A DNA stretch of 63,642 nucleotides, filler included, from Octopus bimaculoides (lineage: Eukaryota): NCBI RefSeq assembly GCF_001194135.2. It is 7 parts of 7 records of this genome, joined end to end, with 100 filler letters (N's around TTAATTAATTAA, not from the genome) between each part and the next. Parts side by side here need not be neighbours in the genome. Positions count along the whole stretch, not along the records: positions 27,292 to 40,866 come from NC_068985.1; positions 40,967 to 51,310 come from NC_068983.1; 5 more parts are not named here. One strand, given 5' to 3'. Positions within the stretch are counted from its first letter, which is position 1. Every line of letters starts with the position of its first letter. Shown in pieces: positions 37,085 through 50,460 of this stretch. The position numbers and the translations under genes are program-made. Under the pieces are notes generated by a model. That model searched no databases, was not told the DNA's origin, and saw only the letters and a list, made by a program, of their open reading frames with translations.

Positions 37085-38110
37085 TAGCCCAGTAAATTTA
37101 AGGAAAAGTGTTAGTCAGTTAAATCGATACTAATACTTGACTGGAACTGTATTTTCTCAATCTCGAAAAATTGAAAAGCAAACTTGATTTCGGTGGAATG
37201 TAAAACATTACTAAATAATCATTTGTTATTTCTTTATTGCCCACAATGGGCTAAACATAGAGGGGACAAATAAGGACAGACAAACGGATTAATTCGATTA
37301 CATCGACCCCAGTTCGTAACTGGTACTTAATCTATCGACCCCGAAAGGATGAAAGGCAATGTCGACCTCGGTGAAATTTAACCTCAGAACGTAACGGCAG
37401 ACGAAATACCGCTAACCATTTCACCCGGCGTGCTAAAGTTTCTGCCAGCTTGTCGCTTTAAATAATTACTAAATAATCATTTCTACTAAAGGCACACGGC
37501 CTGAAATTTTTGGGGAGGAAGGGGCCTAGTCGATTACATCGACCCCGGTGTTTTTTCACTGATACTTAGTTTATCGACCTCGAAAGGATGAAAAGCTAAG
37601 TCGACCTCGGTAGAACTCGAACTCAGAACATAAAGACAGATGAAATGCCGCTAAGCATTTTGCCCGGCATGCAAATGATTCTGCCAGCTCTCCAACAATT
37701 CACTGACACCGCCGGACGAATTTTTGTGACTGGAAATAGTAGTAATTCTATTATAAGCACAGTTCTTGAAATTTTGGTGAGAAGGGGACTAGTTGATTAC
37801 ATTGACCCCCAATGCTCAACTGGTACTTATTTTATCGATCCCGAAAAGATGAAAGGCAATGTCAACCACTAAGCATTTTGTCCGGCGTGCTAACGATACT
37901 ACAAGCTCGCCGCCATTATAATAACAAATTTTTCTACCATAAACACAAGGCCTGAAATTTGGTGGGTGAGGCTAGTCGATTACATTGCCCCTAATGTTCA
38001 GAGGGCTCTTATTTTATCGGCTGGAAATATGAAACGCAAAGTCGACTTTGAACACAAAAGGTAAAGACAGACGAAATCCATTTAAGTAGTTTTTTCCAGC
38101 GTGCTAATGA
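37085..38110 (-). mobile_element. Array of five head-to-tail SINE-A copies
   Basis: Units at ~37085-37205, 37225-37464 (youngest, 18-bp TSD attactaaataatcattt), 37483-37692, 37745-37915 and 37935-38110. Confidence 0.85.
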
Positions 38111-38613
38111 TTCTGCCAAAACCACCACCTTGGAAGTAATAAATTTTAATTGAAAAACATGAAAATATAAAGCGTGTCTATGTTGATATGAGATATATAT
38201 AGTCTGTGTGGAAATGAGATTGTTTATCTCGAGTATAGTCAAATATAAAAAATCGTTTTAAAAAACAACCAAATTATGATGTAATTGGTAACTATGTTCT
38301 ATTTCTAGAGTAAAAAAGTAAAAATTTAATTTTTTTTTTCTTGTTCCAATTATATCTATAAGCAAAAACTGTATACTAATTCATGTTTTAATATGTATTT
38401 CACTATATACCTACAATGTGAGACAAAATAATTTCATTTATTCTAGAATGTGCACCAGGTAAATAACAATTTCGGTTTGGGAACTCCTTTGCATTCAGAA
38501 GCGAATAATTGTATAGCAACTTGACATTCAACGGAGTATAAATATCTGCTTGATCGGAACTAACTCTCCCAACACAACCAGGCCAACTATGCTGGGATAT
38601 GGGTTATCTAAAG

Positions 38614-38770
38614 CAGCGCTTCTCAAACGTTTTTCATTCATGACCCCATTTTTCATCTCGAAATTTTTCACATCATCAGATATTAAATATGCGATCGTGA
38701 AATAACATATAAACTGAAATTCACTTCGCGGCCCCATTTGGGAGCAGGACCCATAGTTTAAGAAGCGCTA
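38614..38770. mobile_element. hAT (Charlie-type) MITE, 157 bp
   Basis: TIRs cagcgcttctcaaac / gtttaagaagcgcta; perfect 8-bp TSD atctaaag at 38606-38613 and 38771-38778. Confidence 0.9.
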
Positions 38771-38835
38771 ATCTAAAGTAATGAATACATGGATCAAACA
38801 CACACATATACGTCTGTATAAATATGCATATATGC

Positions 38836-38887
<52 letters not shown>

Positions 38888-39549
38888 NNNNNNNNNNNNN
38901 NNNNNNNNNNNNNNNNNNNNNNNNNNNNNNNNNNNNNNNNNNNNNNNNNNNNNNNNNNNNNNNNNNNNNNNNNNNNNNNNNNNNNNNNNNNNNNNNNNNN
39001 NNNNNNNNNNNNNNNNNNNNNNNNNNNNNNNNNNNNNNNNNNNNNNNNNNNNNNNNNNNNNNNNNNNNNNNNNNNNNNNNNNNNNNNNNNNNNNNNNNNN
39101 NNNNNNNNNNNNNNNNNNNNNNNNNNNNNNNNNNNNNNNNNNNNNNNNNNNNNNNNNNTATATATATACGTGGTTTTTTGAATATATATACGTGGTTTTT
39201 TGAACATATACAATGAGCCTGTTTGATAACATTTAGCTTTAGCTTTTACGACAATAGTAAAAGCCAACGGAGAATTCACTAAGTAGTTACTTAATCTGCT
39301 AGAAACAACAGCCAAGCTATGCGAAACCACACCCCATTATCTGAAAGGAAGAAGACTTCTCTTGTAGTCCCTCGTAAACATAGAAAAACGATAGAAGGCT
39401 TTTAATAATGGGCAAACTCAACAAGAATAAACCTATTGTCATCAGAAATACAGCCACCATTACCAACAACAACAACAGCAACAATGATGAGCCAGCGAAA
39501 GAGATTCTATAGTGTCAGCCGGCTTGCTTGAAATGGCAGCCAATGCTCC

Positions 39550-39850
39550 TCCAAATCATATATTATTCATTAAGAATGGTAAACTATATTGTGTAGGAGC
39601 ACAAAAACGGTCATCATACCTCACCTCACAGTGCCTTGGGAGGACAGATATTTCTTACCAACTTAAAAAAGCCAAATATCAGCCCTCGGTTGATGAGTTT
39701 CTTGCCAACAGATGACACGATCTCACTCCCTATTGAAGTCGGATGCCGTGGCTTTCCAACAATATGAGTGGGTGGTTTCTTGCAGAAAGATTGGTTTGGG
39801 AACCGGAACAACTAAAGAAAGCCGCTACAGAGGCTTGTGATTGGCAAGAA
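39550..39850 (+). mobile_element. HERO-like non-LTR retrotransposon RLE fragment
   Basis: VIIPHLTVPWEDR / SYQLKKAKYQPSVDE / LPIEVGCRGF, matching the ELTVPWE..K..KY..EVGCRGF pattern of HERO-type elements. Confidence 0.7.
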
Positions 39851-40082
39851 ACAGTACATGGGACTCTTCTGAAGGTGAAGGGAAATTCAGTCTTACTCGC
39901 CCCACTCAAGCGAAGCGTACAGGCTACAGAAAGAAGAGCTCGTCACCTTGAGATACTTTCTGAAGACATAGAAGGGTTTCAGACAATCAGATAGGTTCTG
40001 TGTCCCCATCAAGAGAAAGAGCTTGCAATATCTTTAAGATGCCCCAACAGTTTCTGCTTGCTGCTAAGTATCTTTGAACTTT

Positions 40083-40170
40083 ATTTCACCTTTCTTTCAC
40101 TTGTTTCAGTCACTGGACTGCAGCCATGCTGGGTCACCGCCTAGAACATATATATACACCTTTATATATA

Positions 40171-40235
<65 letters not shown>

Positions 40236-40378
40236 TCGAGGTCTTCTTTTAGTATCTGCACACTAAATCTACTCACAAGGCTTTGTTCGGTGTGGAGGAC
40301 ACTTGCCCAAGGTGCTATGCAGTGGGGCTGAACACAGGACCATATGATTGGGAAGTAAAATTCCGACCACACAGCCTT
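40083..40378 (-). mobile_element. SINE family B, internally deleted
   Basis: cttgtttcagtcactggactgcagccatgctgg..(TG)n..ctcacaaggcttt..cacttgcccaaggtgc..accacacagcc. Confidence 0.8.
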
Positions 40379-40966
40379 AGCTACTCATACGAAGAAATTT
40401 TAAAGAGAATGTCTGGATGGACAACGCATTGCTTGACGTCTTCGATCACAGATCTGCTTGTTTTTGGCTGAACGGTGGTTAAACAATAAGAGAATCAGAG
40501 ACAACGACATTGCTTTCACCAATAACATTCTCAAAAGCACCACCGCTTTTGCCGTCATCACCACCCTCATGGCCATCACTACCGTCATCACCATCATCGT
40601 CATCATCCCGTCACCATTATCGTCAGCATCACCGTCACCATCACCATCACCACCACCACTGTCATCACATATACCACTGAAATCGCTTTTGCCCGTCCTC
40701 ACCGCCACCAACAGACATAGCTTTGGAATCGGCACCACCACCACCGCCACTACTACCACCACCGATATCATCAAAAACCACAATCACCACCACCACCACT
40801 ACAACCAGCACCACCACCACCACAACCACCACCACAACCACCACCACCACCACCACCACCACCACCNNNNNNNNNNNNNNNNNNNNNNNNNNNNNNNNNN
40901 NNNNNNNNNNTTAATTAATTAANNNNNNNNNNNNNNNNNNNNNNNNNNNNNNNNNNNNNNNNNNNN

Positions 40967-40998
<32 letters not shown>

Positions 40999-41304
40999 TA
41001 TATACATATATATATGCATATTTAGAGACTTATACAATTACATAGATACATATATATATATATATGTATGTACGCATACACGCATCAGTATATGCACTTA
41101 CAGACGAACATACAAATACACAGAGTAATATATACATACACATACTTCTATCCATCTATCCACTCTTCCTCTACCCCGCTCTCTCACTCTCTCTTTACAG
41201 GATAAAAAGGATAAAGATCCATCCAGAGTCACATAGATTCAAAGATCCGGTTTCTCAGTTTCTGTGACGTATACATTACCCACCTCGATGGGACGATTTT
41301 TGCC

Positions 41305-41410
41305 ACTTGGAGCAACGTGAAATAGAGCTCAAGAAAATATCGTGTCATGCGGTTCAGGAATCGAAACCACAATCTTACGATCATGAGTCCATCATCAAAA
41401 CCAATAAACT
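41305..41410 (-). mobile_element. SINE family D head fragment
   Basis: tggagcaacgtgaaat..gctcaagaa..ggaatcgaaaccacaatcttacgatcatgagtcc. Confidence 0.6.
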
Positions 41411-41526
41411 AGGCGTCTCCACATACATACACACGCAACACTCTCATATATGTATGCATGTGTATGTATATATGTATGAATATATGTATGTACAAATGTA
41501 TATATGTATGCAAGTATATACACATA

Positions 41527-41900
41527 CGAGAACTGTACCGAAAGTAATGCAAAGGATAGCATAAAATTCTTATTATCTAACATAGGTCGTGCAAATAGTA
41601 CAGTTAGCTAGAGTAAATCTTCTGAAGAAACTTCTTTTCTTACTTATGTTTTCTTTTTTTTTTTTTGGCATTACAGGCTCGAAACAGAGACAACGTGGAC
41701 TTAAGTTGCTTCCAAATAGAAGCAGCCTATTGTCATTGAATTCTTAATGAAGGTTGCCCAGTCTTTCACATCCACGCAAGACTTATAGAGTGTTAACGAA
41801 GATGACATCATTGACAAAAGGAATGCGCTCAGGTGGCTGGTGAAATTTAAAGAAAAGAAAACGAGTATTGGAGAAAAAAAATTATGAAGTAAAGATTTTC
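41527..41900 (+). mobile_element. 5' fragment of a mariner element
   Basis: TA|cgagaactgtaccgaaagtaatgc is TIR-like; translation KQPIVIEFL..GCPVFHIH..DDIIDKRNALRWLVKFKEKKTSI. Confidence 0.6.
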
Positions 41901-42559
41901 AACTCCGATCATTGGCACGAATCANNNNNNNNNNNNNNNNNNNNNNNNNNNNNNNNNNNNNNNNNNNNNNNNNNNNNNNNNNNNNNNNNNNNNNNNNNNN
42001 NNNNNNNNNNNNNNNNNNNNNNNNNNNNNNNNNNNNNNNNNNNNNNNNNNNNNNNNNNNNNNNNNNNNNNNNNNNNNNNNNNNNNNNNNNNNNNNNNNNN
42101 NNNNNNNNNNNNNNNNNNNNNNNNNNNNNNNNNNNNNNNNNNNNNNNNNNNNNNNNNNNNNNNNNNNNNNNNNNNNNNNNNNNNNNNNNNNNNNNNNNNN
42201 NNNNNNNNNNNNNNNNNNNNNNNNNNNNNNNNNNNNNNNNNNNNNNNNNNNNNNNNNNNNNNNNNNNNNNNNNNNNNNNNNNNNNNNNNNNNNNNNNNNN
42301 NNNNNNNNNNNNNNNNNNNNNNNNNNNNNNNNNNNNNNNNNNNNNNNNNNNNNNNNNNNNNNNNNNNNNNNNNNNNNNNNNNNNNNNNNNNNNNNNNNNN
42401 NNNNNNNNNNNNNNNNNNNNNNNNNNNNNNNNNNNNNNNNNNNNNNNNNNNNNNNNNNNNNNNNNNNNNNNNNNNNNNNNNNNNNNNNNNNNNNNNNNNN
42501 NNNNNNNNNNNNNNNNNNNNNNNNNNNNNNNNNNNNNNNNNNNNNNNNNNNNNNNNNNN

Positions 42560-43389
42560 TAAACTGTCGTCTAAATTACGCAAAAATGAAAATAACACTG
42601 ACATCTCATTTTAACAGATATATTTACCAAAATTGCATGAAAAATATCTTGAAATACTAAAGAATAAATTCATTCAATAAAATCACCATTGGCTTCAACC
42701 ACGACCTCCAGACGACTTCGGAATCTCCTGAAACTCTGCTGGACGGTCTCCTTGTTTAAGTTGGTGAATGCTACCAAAATCCTTATCTTCAGTTCATCTT
42801 TGGTGTTACAAGGAGTTTTGTTGGTCTCTCGCTCAACTGCACCTCACATAATACAGTCATATCTCAAATAATCAAGGGGATTGCAGCTTGGGGTGTTAGG
42901 TGACCAGATGTTAGGGATGATGTGGAATGGTGCAGAGTCCTGTTGCCAGACACAGGGTCTTCCAACAGCTACGCTTTTGACTCACGGCATCATTACCTCC
43001 TCCAGGTCTATGATGTAGGTCTTGGTGTTGAGGCCGTGTGGGAAGATGAATGGAGGCGTAACATCGCTATCTCTAGTGATCACTCCAAACACCATGATGT
43101 TAACTGAATATTTGATTTTTATCACTCTCGGTACATGCACTGTCCTCAGATTGACACCCAAGCTCTCTGAAATATTCATATTAAAGCTTCCAACGCGAAT
43201 GCCAAGCAATACAGAATGTCGTTTCCAAATTTCTTGCAGAGTGAATTGCGTCATGGTGCAGTTTTTCTTTTCTCAAAGACGGTGCCCAACTGACCCTACT
43301 ATACTGTGTAGTCGACAAAATAAAAAACAACAAATGCGTAGGAGCTAAATTGAAATATAAAATGGCGACAATTTACCCATCGCACCTTG
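42560..43389 (-). mobile_element. Internally deleted Tc1/mariner (DD37D/maT-like) element
   Basis: MTQFTLQEIWKRH..; IMVFGVIT..PPFIFPHGL..YI; VWQQDSAP; WSPNTPSCNPLDY; KDELKIRI..RFRSRLEVVVEANGDFIE*. Terminus ..cgcaccttg|TA. Subfamily assignment is from recall. Confidence 0.85.
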
Positions 43390-45011
43390 TATATGCTGAT
43401 TTCTCTTTAAATATACTATCATTAAACGGTTGAGGTTTTTTTTAAAGAAACCGACAAATCATCTAACTATTTAAAAGTATTTACATTAGTTTCTATATGA
43501 TTAGTTAGACCTGTTTCCTGCTGATCTTTCTTTGCGGTGTGGGAAGAAATATCATTTAATCGCCTTTACTTTTAATCTGTGCTCGTGTTTGCGTGCAAGA
43601 AAAGTTTTGCAAACCAAATAGACGTTTTGCATTCAATATAATACGCATTAATGTGTACACAAGAAATTAGCGTGGCGCAAATTAGATGGGTAAAATGATT
43701 TAGTAATTAATAATTAGATTTATTATACATTAAGTGTGTGCTTTGTAATTTTAATGCTGTTATACCTGTTGTAGCGTATACGGTGAACCCAGCTATCAGC
43801 CGATTTCATTGTAAATATAATTATGCTATTTTGCTTTCATTGGTCTTTGATGGCTTTGGTGCCACCGGTTATATGGCAGACGAAACTAAACAAGGTGAAA
43901 AGAAACACATTCCCTTTTAACCAAGCCCACACTTAAAAATGAACGTGAAGCTGTAGAGAGTGAGTGTCCAAGTTAATGGGCTTACTCTGAATATGTAGCT
44001 GTAGATTGAAGAACTACAGAACATTTGCATTGGTTTTCAAAATGACTAAAGTTTTGTTGGGTTTCCACGAGTAGCCCTCGGAAGTCTACACTATTAGAGA
44101 ATTATTCTTTGTTTGAAGTGTTTTCTTTTATTTCCTCCTCACATACCTTTTTACTTAATCCTGCACTATAACGTCATCGACCAACCGCGATGCTTTTGTC
44201 ATTCGCTGATGGTTAATAAAGAAAACATTATTATAACAAGGACAACGAAAAAGAGAAAGAAAATGCATATTGCGTATGAACGTGAATGTCTTGACAGGCG
44301 GTTGTTGACCTGCTAAAATTTGTAACTGGATTCCTCTCATGTAAGAATGCTCACATATATTGTCTAAAAATGAACAGAATGCTTTGATAGCAAGTCCGCT
44401 TTATAATTTCTAAACTGAGATTTATTATCATCAAAAATAACAGTAACAATGACTTGGCATTATTCCTTGTTGCTTGTGATTGAATAAAAGATAGTTCGAT
44501 AGTATTGTAGATTACCACACTATATGCATTCGATTATTTAGTTTCTTCATTGTCGTTGCTATCATATTACCACCAGAGCAGCACTGTTCGGAAGATCAAA
44601 TGTTTTCCGGCCGCGAAAATCCTAAAGGAATGTGTAGAACTAGATTATTCAATATATTCAATTTCAGTTAACACACAATAGGTTGTGATTATAGGGACAC
44701 TTGATTTTATCTAGTTCCCTCATTGGTTCATTGTGTTTTTTCGTTTTTTCATTATGTTTTTCATCATGACGAGGTCAGTGATGTTGACGATATCAAAATC
44801 GCATTTTGTCCCCTGAGATTGATTACCAAAATAAGTACCGGTAAAGAAATATGCTATTCAGACAACAATAGTCTTTTCGATTCAAGCTATTTACTTTATT
44901 CTTTACTAAGTTTAATCATTATTGCAATTTATCGAATCGCAAGTTACTTGCCGAAGGTAATTATTTCCTTTTTATATCTTGTGTTGTCTTTCGCGGAAAC
45001 GATTAGGCTCT

Positions 45012-45042
<31 letters not shown>

Positions 45043-45174
45043 GTTCGCTGGTTCACACATTCCATTGTGTAAATTTATGTAGATAATCCATTGAGATTAT
45101 TGTCAGTGCAATATGCTAAAACGTGTAACTAGATATCGTTACTTTCGGCTATTGGATATCGCAAGGTGGCGATT

Positions 45175-45375
45175 TGGTAGAATTGTTAGGGAGTCGGACA
45201 AAATGCTTATCGTCATGTCTTCCGGCTTTTTGTGTATTGATTTCAAGTACAACTGCACTTACCTACCACTTTAATCCTTTCGGGTTCTATAAAATAAAGT
45301 GCCTGCCAAAAACTGGAATCGATGCAATTGACTGACCACTCCACTTAAAATTGCTGGCTTTATGACAAAATGTGA
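45175..45375 (+). mobile_element. SINE family A, degenerate
   Basis: aaggtggcgatttggtagaattgttag..atcctttcgggttctataaaataaagtgcc. Confidence 0.7.
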
Positions 45376-45978
45376 AACAAATATATAGTATACCAATTGT
45401 TTTTTTACAGTTAAAATGAAGGCTATACTAACAAGAACAAGAAGTAACACACTCTTTTCGAAATACATAAATTCTTTTATTCTTTTATTCTTTTACTTGT
45501 TCCATTGATTTATTTACAGCTGATCCGGGGGTTCCGCCTTGAAGGGCTTAATCGATCAAATCGTCATAATATTAATGTTTTTAAATGAGGTATTTATTCC
45601 AATGGTCTCTTTTGCAGAACATAAGTTTCAAGGACATAGAGGGACTAATCTTGTTTGTCAAGTGGTACAACACAAAGGTGTACTCCACCGTACACTCATA
45701 CCACACATACGCATACAGAAGAGGGATATACACACACAGAGAGAAACGTATGTGTATGTGTGCACGTGTGTGCGTGTGTGTATGTGTTTGTGTGTGTAGC
45801 TCGTGTGTGCGTAGCTTGTGTGTATTTGTGTGTATGAATGAGGTGTATATACACATTCAAACACACACACACAAAAACATACAAATAGATATATGTATGT
45901 TTAGATATACACACATATACATATGTTTATACACACATACAAGCATATATGAATTTATATACATATATATATATATAT

Positions 45979-46013
<35 letters not shown>

Positions 46014-46266
46014 NNNNNNNNNNNNNNNNNNNNNNNNNNNNNNNNNNNNNNNNNNNNNNNNNNNNNNNNNNNNNNNNNNNNNNNNNNNNNNNNNNNNNNN
46101 NNNNNNNNNNNNNNNNNNNNNNNNNNNNNNNNNNNNNNNNNNNNNNNNNNNNNNNNNNNNNNNNNNNNNNNNNNNNNNNNNNNNNNNNNNNNNNNNNNNN
46201 NNNNNNNNNNNNNNNNNNNNNNNNNNNNNNNNNNNNNNNNNNNNNNNNNNNNNACATATATATGTG

Positions 46267-46321
<55 letters not shown>

Positions 46322-48368
46322 TTGTATTCCAGTTAGTCAGAGAGAGAAACAACGTCCGCCGTCCTTGACACAGAGACTGATAGGAGGAATAGAGGAAGTT
46401 ATCATTGGAATAGTGTCCTTCACTGAATGCTTGTATCAGAGTGAATTTTGCTACAAACATCAAGAAAGCAGGTGGTGCTATTAAACTGGGCGACGGATTA
46501 CATGTAGCACCCAAAAATACAGAATTCAAAAGCTAGAACTAATACCACAAGACGTCTCTCCCGGTGTTCTAAGAATTCACCAATTCACCACTCCAAAGAT
46601 GAAAGACAAAGTAGATTTCAATGGCATTTGAACACACTTTCAATCGCGTTTGGGATATTTTGTACTACATTGTAACAACTTTGCTACTTCATGTTGACAG
46701 GCGCGCGCACTTGCATGTATGATGTGTGTGTATTTTTGTGTGTATCAACGAACGTACATACCACATACTACATAATACATATATACATAAATGATTATAT
46801 ATGTGTAGAGTACGTTATGTTTATATATCGAGCTAACTTTAAAATCGTCACTTTTATGTATTACAGGATATTCTGGCTTTAAGTTTAGAATCGATTTCTG
46901 TTGTGTTATGCAGATAGAAACCATTTACTTTATATTTGTTTTAGACAAACTTTCCCTCAATTGTGCGTATGTTTTACATGCTGAAGATTAAAAAAATACA
47001 TTAAAACTAGCACTGTTTTATTCAAAACTAGCTCGCTTTATGTTCGATCACTTACAAGGAATTGCGGTCAAATCTCTCTAAAATTACAACTTACTGCCTT
47101 AAAATGAAATGCAAAGTTATATTTCATGGTATAGTTCTGGATAAATACGATGTGATATTCACAGTTGGTACAAATCCGATAATAGCTCTGTTCGATCAGA
47201 GTCAATCTGGGTTAAACAAGACTCTTGTATTGAGAATCGCATAACACATTTCGCTGTAGGAATGCATCAACTCCACCACGCAACCGTGTGGTTCAGAGTA
47301 AAATATCATGAGGGATATAAAATAAATTCATTTCAGCATTACAACCAAATGAAGTCCTTGTTCATGTACTTGTTGCAACATGCGCCGCTCATCAATATTC
47401 TGAAGAACCCAGCATTTTATGAGTCGTTGTTTTTTTTTTTTTGGTTTTGTTTTTACTACAAACACAACACTATCTGTAACAAAATACGAATGACTGATCG
47501 GTTACCTTGTTTTCTATTAGTCTATGGAGACAGCCATCTGCTCTAGTTTATTGCATTATGCACCAAGCGTTGAATTATTAAACACTTATTAAATGAAGTA
47601 ACACAGATTTAATAAGCTTGACACAAGAATCATGAACCTTGGCCTTGTTGCTCAAACGTAGCAACAAACATTCCCATTTCTCCCTTTGTATAAAACGCAT
47701 ATACTGGTAACAGTTTAGACGCCAAATGTGAAATTATACGAATAGTATATGTATACAAACGATGAGTCAATGCTGTTCAACGAATTCAAATGCAAATGTT
47801 CCCACTTAGGTCAGATAAATCCGAAGACCTATTACTTTCTTGGAGATAATTTGATTATATCCTGAACAGAGGAACGTGATTTGTTGTATTAATCTATCCT
47901 GCTTCATATTTTATAGCAACCAAAAAAGCAAACACCTACCAAAAGAGGCAAACACTCTTGAACACGTGCACATACAAACATGTACATGTACACACTCTTC
48001 GCATACATACATACACTACGCACGCAGGCACACAACACAGACACACTCACACACGCACATACTCACACATTCACGCACACGCACGGATATGTGTGTGCGT
48101 GTGCATAATTGCGTGCATGCATGGTTTTGTATATCATAGATAGTAATATACAGACATCAGACATACATACATAGCCATAATCGTATAATGAAAAGTGGTG
48201 CTGCTGTTTATAACAGAAAAGCGAAAGCGAAGGCCAAGACGAATGAGAACAACACGGTTAAATTTCCTCTTAAAGAATTGCAAGTTAGTAGCAGCAGGAA
48301 AAAAGACTACCGTGAAGAAATTCAGTTTTAGCCGATAATTTAGAAGGAAGGCCTACGTCTCGTTAATA

Positions 48369-49503
48369 TTAGGTTGTCAAGAAATTCTTGCGGTTTTTAA
48401 CTTTTAAATTCAGAGGCACTTATCTCGGCTCAAACAAAACTTTATTAATCGAAATAAAAACCATCAGAATCAACACAGTTTTGCCAACGCGAAACAAGTT
48501 TATTTATGCNNNNNNNNNNNNNNNNNNNNNNNNNNNNNNNNNNNNNNNNNNNNNNNNNNNNNNNNNNNNNNNNNNNNNNNNNNNNNNNNNNNNNNNNNNN
48601 NNNGTCGTGGAGAAGAATTAGTCTTTTCTATTGACCAATGCTAGATCTTGCTGTTGGAGTTTCTTATGCATTTCATCCATTTGCTGACAGTACTTCTCCG
48701 ACGTAATGGTTTCGCCTGGATCCAAAAAGCTGTGAATGGACGGGCCGCAGACCACCAAACAGTCACCATAACCTTCTCTTGGTGCAACTTTGGCTTCGGG
48801 AAGTGCTGTGAAGCTTCGTCGGCTCCAACCACTGAGCTGAGCGTCGCCGGTTGTCGTAAAGAATCCACTTTTCATCGTAAGTCGAGAAAGGGGTCATCCT
48901 TGTTGCATAAAAGAAGGAAATAAGACACTTCAAAACGGCGCTTTTTTTTGGTTGTCGTTCAATTTGTGCGGCACCCATTTCTCAAGTATTATTTTTTTCC
49001 AATCTCTTAAAAGTGGTTGGAAATTGTCATATACGTTATGTCTAATTCAGAAGCAAGCTCCCGAACAGTTGTGTGTGGATTGGTTTCAACTAAGGCTCTT
49101 AGTTGATCGTTGTTGACATCCGATGGCCGACCAATACGCTTATCATCTTCAAGACTCTCGTCACCGCTACGAAATTTCTTGAACCACCATTGTGCTGTAC
49201 GTTCATTAGTGGTTCCTGGGCCAAACGCATCGTTGATATCGCGAGCTGTTTCAGCAGCTTTTCGGCCTAACTTGAAATGGAATAAGAAAATTGTGCGAAT
49301 TTGCTTTTTGTCCACGTTGTATTCAACGTTCCGGAAAAAAGGCCTAACTATTCAAAAAGAAAAAGAGTAACACGATTCGATAGAGCAAGAAACGGGCTTT
49401 AAGATGATATATAAAGTCAAAGAAATTTAACGAAAATTAATTTGAAACTACATCATTTAAAACAAAAATTTAAAATTCCGCAAGAACTTTCTTGACAACC
49501 TAA
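48369..49503 (-). mobile_element. Near-complete cecropia-subfamily (Hsmar1-like) mariner with disrupted transposase
   Basis: TA|ttaggttgtcaagaaa(g)ttcttgcgg TIRs at both ends with TA TSD. MDKKQIRTIFLFHFKLGRKAAETARDINDAFGPGTTNERTAQWWFKKF..KWVPHKL..DEKWILYDNRRRSAQWL..HFPKPKLHQEKVMVTVWWSAA..GETITSEKYCQQMDEMH. Frameshifts and an N gap present. Confidence 0.95.
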
Positions 49504-50149
49504 TATATCGATGCCTACAATTGGACAAAACATAAGTGACAAGGGAAGGGGATACGTGTAGATCTGCAGGTAGAAGGAGAGTAGCTAGTTTCGAGGAGCA
49601 AAGGTACTTATTTCGGAGAGGAAGTTTTTATGATGTAATCTTTGTTATATTGCAGATGGGTGTTCACCAGTAAATATCCTTTGTGCTGGTGAAGCTTAGC
49701 ATTTGTAACAGAATGGCGCTTTAGACAATGTTCAGTTTAGAAGGTAGGATGCGATATATATTCTTCACATGCGTAGTAATTAAAATGACGCCCTGCAAGA
49801 TGCTTCTGATCATAGAGTCAGCGTAGTTTTGTTATAAAAGTTTTCTGGTTCCATGTGGATTACGCTTGAATAACGAAGGCTAATAAGTTGACTGTAGTAT
49901 TATCTGCGTAGGATTTAGTGTAGTAGGAAGTGAATTTAGTAGTATCAGTTGACAGACGGTTTTTTGCTACTTTAAAATCATCCGAAGCTGATGTTAAAGA
50001 CAGCTAAAGAGTTGGGATTTTGCAGTAGTAGTAGATAGACCAGCTCCAGTAAATCATTGTGTGGGACCAAGTTACTCTTCTATGAATTTGTTGGCATACG
50101 TTTCCGTTCTCACAATTTTTGTTTTTTCATCCACCCGGAGGAATCGATC

Positions 50150-50460
50150 ATAAATACCTCAGCAAAACACCACGCTGATAACACCCCCACCTTAAGTTTC
50201 CCAGTCAAATCGCAGGAGTCAATGGCAGTTAAAGCTCGCAACAATTTGATCTCAGATTTAGGATCGTCTTGGCATCATTTGAAAATACTGCACAGCCTTC
50301 TCGCTAGTCATTGGAGTTATCTTCCTCTAATTTCAAACTTAAGTGCCTTAATATCACACTAGGCAGCAATTTTCTTGAGCCTTGCTATGCATTCTATTTT
50401 ATAGGAATAGTTCCACGAGACGAGGTGGGAAGATTTGTGCATCTCCTGTTGTTTTCTCAG
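50150..50460 (-). mobile_element. Possible decayed CR1/L2-type RT fragment
   Basis: Only a weak KALKFEIRGR*LQ*LA (cf. KL..GIRG.LL.W) and a FSNDAK motif. Confidence 0.3.

Noticed and set aside
46330-46530. Possible plus-strand exon(s) (SQREKQRPP.. / VNFATNIKKAGGAIKLG..)
   Set aside because: No family resemblance and no convincing donor.
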